The notes beneath the pieces are model-generated. The model was not told the DNA's origin and made no database searches. It saw only the letters and a list, made by a program, of their open reading frames with translations. DNA of 64,000 nt from an uncultured Myxococcales bacterium (GTDB taxonomy: Bacteria; Myxococcota; B64-G9), in NCBI GenBank assembly GCA_964561025.1, contig CAZLNM010000002.1, positions 43,235 to 107,234 on the forward strand, given 5' to 3'. A program made the position numbers and the translations under genes. How positions within the stretch are numbered: position 1 is the stretch's first letter; the number at the start of each line of letters is the position of its first letter. Shown piece after piece: positions 16,987 to 28,054 of the stretch.

Positions 16987-17742
16987 ATGAGCGGCCAGGA
17001 ACAGATGGGGCGGGCGGGCATCGTCACCGGGGCCTCGCGCGGGATCGGCCGGGCGGTGGCGCTGCGGCTTTCACGGGAGGGCGCGCGGCTCGTGCTGGTC
17101 GCGCGCGAGCGCGAGGACGAGCTTGCGCGGACGGCCGCGCGCTGCCGCGAGGAGGGCGCCGAGGCGGAGACGCTCCTCGCCGACGTGGGAGAGGAGGGCG
17201 CTGGCGAGAAACTGGTGGCGGCGTGCCTGCAGCGCTTCGGCCGGCTGGACATCCTGGTCAACAACGCGGGGGTGGCGCCGGAGGGGCTGCTGGTGGGCCT
17301 TCGCGATCCGGCGCTCGCGACGCTGGTCGCGACGAACATCCTGGGGCCGGTGCGCCTGTGCCGCGCGGCGCTGCGGCCCATGCTCAGACAGCGCTCGGGC
17401 TGCATCGTGAATCTGTCGTCGGCCCTGGCGCGGCAAGCGCAGCCGGGGAGCGCGGCCTACGCGGGCAGCAAGGCCTTCCTGGAGGCCTTCACCCGCTCCC
17501 TGGCCGCCGAGGTGGGCGAGCGCGGCGTGCGCGTGAACGCGGTGGCGCCGGGGTTCATCGAGACCGACATGACCGCGAAGCTGCGGCAGCGCGCCGGCGG
17601 CGAGATCGCCGGGCGGCTCGGCCTGCGCCGTCTGGGGACGCCGGAGGAGGTGGCCGGGGCGGTGGCCTTCTTGTGCTCGGACGCGGCGGCGTACGTCACC
17701 GGGGCGGTGCTTTCGGTGGACGGGGGCTTTTTGTGCGGTTGA
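16987..17742 (+). CDS. Short-chain dehydrogenase/reductase (FabG-like)
   Basis: AAGGAG SD. TGASRGIGRA cofactor motif, NNAG, and the S...YAGSK catalytic motif. Confidence 0.85.
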   Translation: MSGQEQMGRAGIVTGASRGIGRAVALRLSREGARLVLVAREREDELARTAARCREEGAEAETLLADVGEEGAGEKLVAACLQRFGRLDILVNNAGVAPEGLLVGLRDPALATLVATNILGPVRLCRAALRPMLRQRSGCIVNLSSALARQAQPGSAAYAGSKAFLEAFTRSLAAEVGERGVRVNAVAPGFIETDMTAKLRQRAGGEIAGRLGLRRLGTPEEVAGAVAFLCSDAAAYVTGAVLSVDGGFLCG

Positions 17743-17749
17743 CGGCCCG

Positions 17750-18522
17750 CTAGGTGGCGTCCGGTTCGACGGAGCCGTCGGGTTTCAACACCACGGTGAG
17801 GTCGGGCGGGCAGGAGGGGCCGTCGAGCGTGGCCGCCACCTGCCAGATGGTCCCGCCCGGCGCCCCGTCCTCGGACAGGCGCTGGGCCCACACCCAGCGG
17901 GCGCGGCATTTGGGGTGGCGCGCCGTGAGGATCTCGGCGAAGCGCAGGATCTCGCGCCGCACCGGGATCTCGGCGATGCCTGGCACCCGGTACGAGCGCA
18001 GCACAGCGGACGGCCCGGCGTACTCCAGGTGGGCGTTGAGCTCCCCGTCGGCGGTGGAGGTGCCGAACAGGCGCAGCCGCGGCGGTGAGAGCGCGTCCAG
18101 GTGAAGCTCGGCGCGCACCGGTGCAAACCGCTCCAGAAAGCGCAGGGCCACCTCGCTGTACTCGACGCGGCGCAGCAGGCGGCGGCCTTCTTCGAGCAGG
18201 CGATTGACCTCGGTCAGGCCGTTTTGCGGGGCCTGGCCGGCCGGATCGAGCTTGAGCTCGAGGAACAAGCGCAGCGGGGCGATCGTGCGGCCGAACTCCG
18301 TTCCGGCCGAGAGGTGGACCCGGGCCCGGGCTGGTGTCGCCGCGCCGTCGCGGAGGATCTCCACCCGCTCGACCGGGAAACGCTGCAGGGCGGTGCGGTC
18401 CTTCCAGGCCTCGATGCGGGCGCGCAAAGGTTCCGCCGGCGCCGGGGGCTCGGCGCGCCCGACAATCGGTAGAAACGAGCCAAGGATGAACGCGAGGCGC
18501 GGGAGCAGATCGGCGCGGGGCA

Positions 18523-18523
<1 letters not shown>
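17750..18523 (-). CDS. Hypothetical exported protein
   Basis: ATG 18523 overlaps the TGA of the upstream TPR gene (ATGA). N-terminal hydrophobic segment. No recognisable domain. Confidence 0.55.
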
Positions 18524-20712
<2,189 letters not shown>

Positions 20713-20715
20713 GGA

Positions 20716-21345
20716 TCACAGCAGCGTCGCGCCCAGGAAGGCGTTCACCGCCAAGTAGTATCCAGGGAAGCCCACGCCTCCCAGGCAGGAGGCCTCGAGG
20801 CCCACGAACAGCCGCGGCCGGGGGGTGTGGTACAGCACGCCGAGCCCCCCCATCCACCCGATCCGCACGCTGGCGTCGAAGTCGGCGACACGCACCAGGA
20901 TGTCGGGCCCGGACCACAGCAGGCCCGCCCCGCCTCGGAGAAAGAGGTCGAAGCGCGAGAGCGGCAGCGCGAGCCGCAGCCCGGCGGTGGCCGCCTGGGT
21001 GGTGAAGTTTCCCGGCGCCGGGGGCTCGGGCTGGGCGGTGGCGTTCTGGCCCAGGCGGTACTCGGCCTCCACCGCCAGGAAGGAGAAGATCTCGTAGTCC
21101 GCCGCCAGGACGACGCTCAACCCCGGCCGGCTGTAGCGGCCCACCTCGCCCAGGAAGAAACCGGTCCCGATGGCGGTGCGCACCTGGAGCCCGCGGGGGA
21201 AGCCCGGCTGGAGCGGCGGGCAAGCGGGCTCGGCCCCGCGGCACGGGGGTTGGAGCAGCAGCGAGAGGCACAGGGCCGCCGCCACGCCGAAGGGGCAAAC
21301 CGGCGCCGCTCGCCGTACCGAAGCGGCAAACGACCGTCGAGCCAT
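20716..21345 (-). CDS. Outer-membrane beta-barrel protein (OmpW/OmpA-barrel-like)
   Basis: Signal peptide, alternating hydrophobic beta-strand pattern, aromatic-rich strands. Start is 1 nt after the upstream lipoprotein stop. Confidence 0.55.
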   Translation of the reverse strand: MARRSFAASVRRAAPVCPFGVAAALCLSLLLQPPCRGAEPACPPLQPGFPRGLQVRTAIGTGFFLGEVGRYSRPGLSVVLAADYEIFSFLAVEAEYRLGQNATAQPEPPAPGNFTTQAATAGLRLALPLSRFDLFLRGGAGLLWSGPDILVRVADFDASVRIGWMGGLGVLYHTPRPRLFVGLEASCLGGVGFPGYYLAVNAFLGATLL

Positions 21346-21346
21346 G

Positions 21347-21958
21347 TCAGCGGTTTTCCCGCACGCGGACCGAAAAGTCCAGCGAAAGCTCGGCGTCGTC
21401 CTCCGCGGGCAGGCTGAGCCCGATCCAGAACTCGGTCGGGCCCGGGCGGTAGACGGAGGTGCCGGGGCAGTCGGGGTATTCCTCGAACGAGAAGCCGAGA
21501 GAGGCGTCGGCCACCTCCGACTCCTGGAAGCTGTCCGTCGTCTCGTCCAGCGCCTCCAGCCGGTGCAGGTGCTCGCCCAGCACCTCGACCTGGGGCGCGT
21601 CGGGGAGCTGCTCCGGGAGGGGCGGTTCGACCTCGCGGCCGAGCCACACCGTGGCGTAGGTGGTGGCGCCGCGCCGGTGGAGCAGCCGGTAGTCCACCCG
21701 CACCGCGTAGGTGTTCACCCGCAGGGTGGGGTAGTCGCACACGCAGGGGACGGCGCGATCGGGTTCCTCCTGCTCGCAGCGCGCCCGGCGCTCGTCCCGC
21801 GCGCGCGCCTCGTCGTCGAGAGGCAGGCGGAAGGTGCGCCACACGGTGTGCTCGCGCGCGGCCCCGGGGACCGCCAGCGCGAAGGGGCCGTAGTAGCGCT
21901 CGGCCCGGCAGCCGGGCAGGGCGGCGAAGACGACGGCGCAGCATACGGCCAGCCTCAT
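21347..21958 (-). CDS. Hypothetical lipoprotein
   Basis: MRLAVCCAVVFAALPGC lipobox. The ATG overlaps the TGA of the AgmX/PglI-like gene (ATGA at 21955-21958). Confidence 0.65.
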   Translation of the reverse strand: MRLAVCCAVVFAALPGCRAERYYGPFALAVPGAAREHTVWRTFRLPLDDEARARDERRARCEQEEPDRAVPCVCDYPTLRVNTYAVRVDYRLLHRRGATTYATVWLGREVEPPLPEQLPDAPQVEVLGEHLHRLEALDETTDSFQESEVADASLGFSFEEYPDCPGTSVYRPGPTEFWIGLSLPAEDDAELSLDFSVRVRENR

Positions 21959-23337
21959 CCGCGGGCCCTCCCGTAGGTGAAGGGCCAGATCACCCGCACC
22001 TTGCCGCCCTGGGGCTTGGGGAAGATCCAGCGCCGGATCTGGCGGATGAGGCAGCTCGCCACGGCCTCCTTGGCCTCGTTCTGCGACAGGGTGTTGGTGG
22101 GAACGCTGGCGGTCTGCACGGAGCCGTTCGGCTCGATGATGAAGTCCACCACGACCTGCCCCCGCAGGGTGGGGAAGCGCATGAGCTGGGACTCGTAGCA
22201 GTAGCGGATGGCGCCCTTGTTGCGCATGACCACGTCGTAGATGTCTTTCTTGTCCAGCACCCCGCCGGTCACGGTGGCGCCGGTGGCGGCCGGGGCCGCG
22301 ATGACCACCTCGGCCTCGCGCCGATCCGGGAGGGGCACGCCGCCTCCCGCGCGCCGGCCGGTCGTGCCGGTGGCCGGCGCGGCGCCCTCGCCCATGGGGT
22401 TGGCCACGCCGGAGCGCTCCAGCAGGGCCGAGCCGGGAGCGGCCAGCTCGCCGTTCTTGCTCGAGGAGCCGATCACCCGGGCGGTGGCGGCGCCGCGGTC
22501 GAGGGCGGAGAGGGCAGAGCCGAGGCTCATGTCGAGCCCGCCCTCCTCGAAGATCTTCTTGAGCGCGGCGTTCTGGCGCCGGGCCACGGTGATGGCGCCC
22601 ACCACGCCCTTGCCGGTCACGCGCTCGCGGATGCGCTTCTCCTCGGCGTCTTCCTCGGGGCCGGGGCGGGGACGGGCCCGCTCCGGGCGGTTCTTCTCGA
22701 CGGCGGCCTGGCGCACCTCTTTTTTCTGCTCCTCGCGCCGGCGGTCCAGCTCCTCGCGGAAGTTGCGGGCCGCCTCGGGATCCTCGATGACGTAGGAGAC
22801 GATGCGATCGGGGAGCTGCTCCACGGTGAAGCTCTGCGGCGCGCTGGCGAACAGGCGCGAGGCGAAGGAGAACAGCAGCACCACGCCCAGCACCGCCCCG
22901 AACACCCGGTTCATGAAGGAGTCCGTGCCGGCGGTGGCCGAGAGGCGCGAGCGCTCCACCTCGCCGATGTCGCGCACGAACTGGAACAGGAGGCCCGCCT
23001 GGCCGAAGACCAGCACCCCGCCGTCGCCCTCGGCGAGATCGCACACCGCGCTGCCGTCCTTGCTCCGCCCGAGCTCCGGGTCGCGCAGCACTTCCTCCAC
23101 CTCCCGGGTGCGACCCGCGATGCGCAGCCGGCCCAGGATGCCGTCCTTGAGGAACAGCCGGCACCCGCCCCGGCCATGATCGAACAAGAGGTGCGATTTC
23201 CCCAGTCCCGGCGCGGAGATGGCGAATGTGGTGCCGGCCCGGTCCCCGACCTTCACCCGCGCCGGCGGGGCGAACATGCGCTCCTCGAGGAGCGTGTTCT
23301 GCCACACCAAAGCGCAGCGAAGGTAGGCATTCGTCAT
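21955..23337 (-). CDS. AgmX/PglI C-terminal (TonB_C-like) domain protein with cytoplasmic N-terminal domain and one TM
   Basis: C-terminus IRYCYESQL...LRGQVVVDFIIEPNGSV...CLIRQIRRWIFPKPQGGKVRVIWPFTY matches the myxobacterial AgmX/PglI tail. Charged, Pro-rich linker. Start is ATG 23337 or TTG 23373. Confidence 0.7.
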   Translation of the reverse strand: MTNAYLRCALVWQNTLLEERMFAPPARVKVGDRAGTTFAISAPGLGKSHLLFDHGRGGCRLFLKDGILGRLRIAGRTREVEEVLRDPELGRSKDGSAVCDLAEGDGGVLVFGQAGLLFQFVRDIGEVERSRLSATAGTDSFMNRVFGAVLGVVLLFSFASRLFASAPQSFTVEQLPDRIVSYVIEDPEAARNFREELDRRREEQKKEVRQAAVEKNRPERARPRPGPEEDAEEKRIRERVTGKGVVGAITVARRQNAALKKIFEEGGLDMSLGSALSALDRGAATARVIGSSSKNGELAAPGSALLERSGVANPMGEGAAPATGTTGRRAGGGVPLPDRREAEVVIAAPAATGATVTGGVLDKKDIYDVVMRNKGAIRYCYESQLMRFPTLRGQVVVDFIIEPNGSVQTASVPTNTLSQNEAKEAVASCLIRQIRRWIFPKPQGGKVRVIWPFTYGRARG

Positions 23338-23487
23338 CGGCGCGATTCTCCGCTGCCGGTATAGACGTGTCAAGGCAGCGCGGGGTTCCTAGGATTTGGC
23401 GCCGACCCTGTTGACAAGCGCGGGTAAAAACTCCAGGATGCCCCGAACCGACACCCCGCCGAACCTCGGCGAACCCGGAGGTGATCC

Positions 23488-23922
23488 ATGAGACGAGGTA
23501 CGATGTTGGTCGTGGCGCTGGCCCTGGTGGCTGTGGCGGCTTCGCTGGTTTTTGCCGCCGACAAGAAGTGCGATCCCGGCAAGGACTGCTCCTGCGTCGG
23601 GGTCAACAATTGTGACTTCGTCTGCACCGGCAAGGGCTGCAACGTCTCCTGCAAGGGCGCCGGGAACTGCTCGCTCAAGTGCGACGCCGGCGGCTGCCAG
23701 ATAAGCCTCATGGGCTCGGGCAACGGCAAGGTGGACTGCAAGGCCGGCAACTGCCAGGTCAAGGCCATGGGCGCCGGCAACACCGAGCTCTCCTGCCCCG
23801 GCGGCGGCTGCAGCATGAACTGCATGGGCGCCGGCGACTGCACCCTCAAGGACTGCCCCAAGGAAAAAGACAAGCAGTGCAAGCTGAGCTGCGTCGGCAC
23901 CGGCGACTGCGAGCAGGAGTGA
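23488..23922 (+). CDS. Small secreted Cys-rich repeat protein (roughly 10-aa C.[VIL].C.G.G. units)
   Basis: GGAGGTG SD and signal peptide MLVVALALVAVAASLVFA. About ten tandem short Cys/Gly repeats. Confidence 0.7.
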   Translation: MRRGTMLVVALALVAVAASLVFAADKKCDPGKDCSCVGVNNCDFVCTGKGCNVSCKGAGNCSLKCDAGGCQISLMGSGNGKVDCKAGNCQVKAMGAGNTELSCPGGGCSMNCMGAGDCTLKDCPKEKDKQCKLSCVGTGDCEQE

Positions 23923-24026
23923 GGCGGCGCGCCGCGCACGTTGAGCAAATTGTGCGGCTGTTCGACTGCGGTTCCTCGTGGCCTCCGCTCGGCCTGCGCA
24001 GCCAAGGGCCTTCGGTCCCTGCGGGA

Positions 24027-24132
24027 TTCGCATTCGCTCACCCTTGACTGCGGCCGAGCTGAGGCCGGATCTGCAATTGTGAGGAGCATGCAGGCATGCT
24101 CCTCTTCGGGAAAGAGAGCATCCAGTTTTTCT
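24027..24132 (+). repeat. Copy A of an intergenic element of about 105 nt shared with 39948-40050
   Basis: Three collinear conserved blocks at similar spacing: ttcgCAttcgctc (11/13 identical), tgaggagcatgcaggc (16/16) and gtttttct (8/8). Confidence 0.5.
24081..24104. other. Perfect 11-bp-arm palindrome GAGGAGCATGC-AG-GCATGCTCCTC between convergent genes
   Basis: Read directly. No adjacent U-tract, so it is not a canonical intrinsic terminator. Confidence 0.5.
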
Positions 24133-24253
24133 GGGATTGCTTTTTTTAGCGAGTTTTATCCGGTGGGGGTGGCTCAGTGACGGCGAGCCCTGTGTATTGC
24201 TCGCCGCGGGGCCGGTTCTGCGACCTTGAGGTTTCGCCTGGCGCCGCGGGAAT

Positions 24254-25471
24254 TTACTTTTTACCGGTTAGCCGCTCGGCCAGCCGGTCGAGGATGCGCT
24301 CGGCGCAGGCCTCCTTGGAGGCCGGAGGGATCTCGGTTGTGCCGCCTGGCTCCACCAGGTACAGGTGGTTGGTGTCCACCTCGAAGCCCGCCCCCGCCTC
24401 GCTCACGTCGTTCGCCACCACCAGATCGAGGCGCTTTTTTTCGAGCTTGCTCCTCGCCGCCGGCCGCGGGTCGCCGGTCTCGGCGGCGAACCCGACCAGC
24501 AGCGGCCGCTGGCCCCGGCGCGCGCGGCCCAGCGAGGCCAGGATGTCCTCGGTGGGGACCAGGGTGAGGCGCAGCGGCCCCTGGACGCGGTCCTTCTTGA
24601 GCTTGGCGCGGGCCGGCCGGGCCACGGTGAAGTCGGCCACCGCCGCCGCCATCAGCAGCGCGTCGCAGCGCCCGGCGCGCTTCTTCACCTCGCGGGCCAT
24701 CTCGGCGGCGCACGACACCGGCACGTGCTCCACGCCGGGCGGGACGGGGAGCGCGGTGGGGCCGCTCACCAGGACCACCTTGGCCCCGCGGCGGGCCGCG
24801 GCCGCGGCCAGGGCGTACCCCATCTTGCCGCTGCTGCGGTTGGAGAGGTAGCGCACCGGATCGATGGCCTCGCGGGTGGGCCCGGCGCTGACGAGCAGGC
24901 GCACCCCGGCCAGGTCGGCCGGCCGGAGCGCGGCACGCACCGCCTCCAGGATGGCGGCGGGCTCGGCCATGCGCCCGGCGCCCTCCTCGCCGCAGGCGAG
25001 CGGGCCCTGGTCCGGCCCCACCAGCCGGACCCGCGGCTGCGCGCTCAGCCAGGCCAGGTTCTCGCGGGTGGCCGGGTTCTCCCACATGCGGGTGTTCATG
25101 GCCGGGGCCAGCAGAAGCGGGCAGCGGCTGGCCAGCACCGTGGAGGTGAGCAGGTTGTCGGCCAGGCCCAGCCGGATCTTGGCCAGGGTGTTGGCCGTGG
25201 CCGGGGCGACGACGATGGCGTCCGCGTCGCGCCCGAGATCGATGTGCTCCATGCCCGCGGCCGAGGACGTGCCGCCCCAGCCCACCTCCACCGGCCGGCC
25301 GCTGAGGGCCTGGAAGGTGGCCGGACCGACCAGGCGCGCGGCCGATTCGGTCATGACCACCACTACCCGGGCGCCCTCCTTGACCAGCAGCCGGCACAGC
25401 TCGCAGGCGCGGTAGGCGGCGATGCCGCCGCTGACGCCCAGGACCACGGTGCGATCGTTGAGCTTGTGCAT
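24254..25471 (-). CDS. coaBC: Bifunctional phosphopantothenoylcysteine decarboxylase / phosphopantothenate-cysteine ligase
   Basis: VVLGVSGGIAAYRACEL flavoprotein N-terminus, PAMNTRMW, and C-terminal CoaB motifs (ISNRSSGKMG, AAVADF). Confidence 0.95.
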   Translation of the reverse strand: MHKLNDRTVVLGVSGGIAAYRACELCRLLVKEGARVVVVMTESAARLVGPATFQALSGRPVEVGWGGTSSAAGMEHIDLGRDADAIVVAPATANTLAKIRLGLADNLLTSTVLASRCPLLLAPAMNTRMWENPATRENLAWLSAQPRVRLVGPDQGPLACGEEGAGRMAEPAAILEAVRAALRPADLAGVRLLVSAGPTREAIDPVRYLSNRSSGKMGYALAAAAARRGAKVVLVSGPTALPVPPGVEHVPVSCAAEMAREVKKRAGRCDALLMAAAVADFTVARPARAKLKKDRVQGPLRLTLVPTEDILASLGRARRGQRPLLVGFAAETGDPRPAARSKLEKKRLDLVVANDVSEAGAGFEVDTNHLYLVEPGGTTEIPPASKEACAERILDRLAERLTGKK

Positions 25472-25484
25472 GTCGTCCTCCGGC

Positions 25485-25928
25485 CTAGCGCACCAGGAGC
25501 TTCCAGCCTTCGCCCGCCTGCACGAAGGTCAGCGCCAGCGGGTGATCGAGCGGCTTGCCGTCCGGCAGGAAGAAATGGGCGTACACCACCGCCAGCACCA
25601 GGCGCTGGTTCTTGTCGCTCTCGGGCAGCACCAGGCAGTCGGCCACCTCGGCGTCACGGAACGTCAGGCCGGCGCCGAGATCGTGGGCGACGCTGTCGAG
25701 GAAGGCGTCCCGGGTCTTCTGGTAGTCCGCGGCCGACTGGGCGCGCCGGGACAGGGCGCGAAACTCCTCGCCGCTCAGGGCGAGCTCGCGCGCCTGCGCC
25801 AGGTCGCCGCGCGACAGCGAGCGCAGCAGCCGGTAGGCCACCTGGCGCGCGGTGACCGGCTCGCCGGCGGGCGGGGCGGCGGCGGCGCCGAACGATACGC
25901 ACAACATCAGGAATGCGAACGCGCGCAT
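25485..25928 (-). CDS. Hypothetical secreted protein
   Basis: Start trimmed to ATG 25928 (GGGAGGATG SD). Signal peptide MRAFAFLMLCVSFGAAAA. Confidence 0.55.
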   Translation of the reverse strand: MRAFAFLMLCVSFGAAAAPPAGEPVTARQVAYRLLRSLSRGDLAQARELALSGEEFRALSRRAQSAADYQKTRDAFLDSVAHDLGAGLTFRDAEVADCLVLPESDKNQRLVLAVVYAHFFLPDGKPLDHPLALTFVQAGEGWKLLVR

Positions 25929-25981
25929 GACATCCTCCCGATTTGACCCGGCCACGGGGATGTTTCTACACTCCCGGCGCG

Positions 25982-26791
25982 ATGGCAAGCAACGTGGAGA
26001 AATGGCTCGCCGAGGCCGAGGAGGCGCTCTCGGCCGGCGACCCCGAGGCGGCGTTGGAACGCGCCGAGGCGGCCGCGCGCCTCGATCCCGAGAACCCCGA
26101 CGCCCACTACCTGCGCGGGGAGGCGCTGCTCGATCTCGGCGAGCCGGCCCAGGCCGAGGGCGCCTACCGCGAGGCCGATCGGTTGCTGCCCGGGGATGGC
26201 CTGATCCTGTCGGGGCTGGGGCTTTCGCTGTTCGAGCAGGCCAAGCTCGCCGAGGCCGACGGCGTCTTGCGCCGGGCCAACGCCGCGCAAGGAGACCTGG
26301 CGGAGGTGCACTGGGTGCTGTCGATCCTCGACGAGCGCCGCGGCAAGGAGCGCTCGGCCCGCCGCCACCTCGAGCGGGCGGTGCTGCTCTTGCCCGAGAG
26401 CTACCACCTGCCCATCGAGATGCCGCAGGCCGATTTCGACGCCTGCGTGGAGGAGGCGCTGCAGGAGCTTCCCGAGCCGGTGCGCCGGGCGCTCGAGAAC
26501 ACGCCGGTGCTGGTCGAACCCTACCCGGCCGAAAACGATCTGCGCGCCGCCGCTCCGCCGCTCAGCCCGGAGATCCTGGGGATGTTCCGCGGCAACTCGT
26601 TGCGGGAGGAGTCCCTGCTGGATCCGGGGAGCCAGTGGCCGGGCGAGATCGTGTTGTACCAGAAGAACCTGGAGCGCTTCGCCCGCACCCGGGAGGAGCT
26701 CACCGCGGAGATCCGCAAGACCGTGCTGCACGAGGTGGGGCACCGGCTCGGGCTCTCGGAGGAGGACCTGGAGGACCGGGGCCTGGGCTGA
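25982..26791 (+). CDS. TPR domain fused to a zincin-like metallopeptidase (HExxH) domain
   Basis: N-terminal TPR-like repeats. C-terminal LHEVGHRLGLSEEDL. Start is ATG 25982 or an earlier start at 25943. Confidence 0.6.
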   Translation: MASNVEKWLAEAEEALSAGDPEAALERAEAAARLDPENPDAHYLRGEALLDLGEPAQAEGAYREADRLLPGDGLILSGLGLSLFEQAKLAEADGVLRRANAAQGDLAEVHWVLSILDERRGKERSARRHLERAVLLLPESYHLPIEMPQADFDACVEEALQELPEPVRRALENTPVLVEPYPAENDLRAAAPPLSPEILGMFRGNSLREESLLDPGSQWPGEIVLYQKNLERFARTREELTAEIRKTVLHEVGHRLGLSEEDLEDRGLG

Positions 26792-26848
26792 CTTGTGGCC
26801 GCGCCCGCCCGGCGCTAGGATGACGCCGTCTGGAGAAAGGCGGGCGAC

Positions 26849-28045
26849 ATGAAGACCTGCGGGTTGCTTCTTTTACTGGCGAGTCCCGCGCTGGCGCTGG
26901 CCGGCGAGGCGGGAGCCGAGGGCTCCCCCGACCTGGCGCCGTTGCAAGCGGCCCTCGCCGAGGCGACGGGAAACCTCGGTTCGCTGGCGCTGCTTCCTCT
27001 GGAGGCCACCGGTACCGCCGAGGATCTTTCGGGCCTGGAGGAGGCGGTCCGCAAGGCGCTCGCTGGCCGGGAAGGCTTGCGGGTGGTGCCCCCGGCCAAG
27101 GTGCGCGAGACGGTGGGCATCGAGTACCGTCTCGATCCGGCCGCTCTCTGGGAGATCGCCACCAAGCTCGGGGTGGAGGCGGTGCTGCACCTCATGGTCA
27201 TCCGCACCGTCGAGGCCTACGACTGCGCCTTGACCCTGGTGGACGCCCAGGGCACGCTGCGCCTCGACCGGGTGGTGCGCCTCGGCGCCCTGCCCCCCGG
27301 CCTCCAGCCGCCGCCCGCGCCCCCGCCCGCCCCGCCGCCCCCCGTGGCGCCGGGGATGGAGCCCGAGAGCGAGGAGCATACGCCGTCGGCCCCGGTCCTG
27401 GACGTGCGCGAAGAGTACTCGCGGCGCGCCCTGCGCCTGGCGGGCCGGCTGGAGATCCGGCGCGGCGGGGGGGCCATCGCGCTGGTGGGCCGGCACTCCG
27501 CGGTGAGTTTCGAGGTGGCCCCGGCGCTGGTGCATCGCGACTGGGTGATCGTGACCGGCGAGGACCAGCCGGTGGGTGAGCTGGCCCTGGCGGAGCGGGC
27601 GGGCCGCACCGATCTGGTGCAGCGCATGCAGGGCGACATCTCCACCATGAAGACCATCCGCAACGTAGGCATCGGGCTCACCCTGGGGGGCTTCGTGACG
27701 GCGGGGGTGGCCATGCCGCTGTGGAAGACCGGCTCCGACGACGGGCTCACCGCGGCCGGGGTGGTGTCGGGGGTGGGGCTGACGGCCGGGGTGGTGGGCC
27801 TGGTGCTGTGGCTCACCTACGGCCCGCGGGCCGACCTGGCGGGAGGGCCGTACCCCGCCGAGCACCTCATCAGCCGGGAGGAGGCCGAGACGCTGATCCG
27901 CGAGGCCAACCGCTCGCTGGCGCGGGAGCTGGGCCTGGAGGCGCCGCCGCCGATGCCGGCCCCGCCCGCGGCCGGCGTCTTCCGCTTGCAGTTCGCGCCC
28001 GACCCCCGCGGCGGCGGCCAGATCCTGCTGGGCGCGAGGTTCTAG
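26849..28045 (+). CDS. Hypothetical exported/membrane protein with poly-Pro linker
   Basis: Signal peptide, PPPAPPPAPPPP linker, and two C-terminal TM helices. Confidence 0.55.
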   Translation: MKTCGLLLLLASPALALAGEAGAEGSPDLAPLQAALAEATGNLGSLALLPLEATGTAEDLSGLEEAVRKALAGREGLRVVPPAKVRETVGIEYRLDPAALWEIATKLGVEAVLHLMVIRTVEAYDCALTLVDAQGTLRLDRVVRLGALPPGLQPPPAPPPAPPPPVAPGMEPESEEHTPSAPVLDVREEYSRRALRLAGRLEIRRGGGAIALVGRHSAVSFEVAPALVHRDWVIVTGEDQPVGELALAERAGRTDLVQRMQGDISTMKTIRNVGIGLTLGGFVTAGVAMPLWKTGSDDGLTAAGVVSGVGLTAGVVGLVLWLTYGPRADLAGGPYPAEHLISREEAETLIREANRSLARELGLEAPPPMPAPPAAGVFRLQFAPDPRGGGQILLGARF

Positions 28046-28054
28046 GAGACTTCC

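Noticed and set aside
23941-24180. Small ORFs in long intergenic regions: 23941-24180 (+), 24177-24851 (+) and 39901-40164 (-).
   Set aside because: They have no SD and no motifs. Their composition is atypical, they overlap the repeat and hairpin elements, and 24177-24851 is antisense to coaBC.
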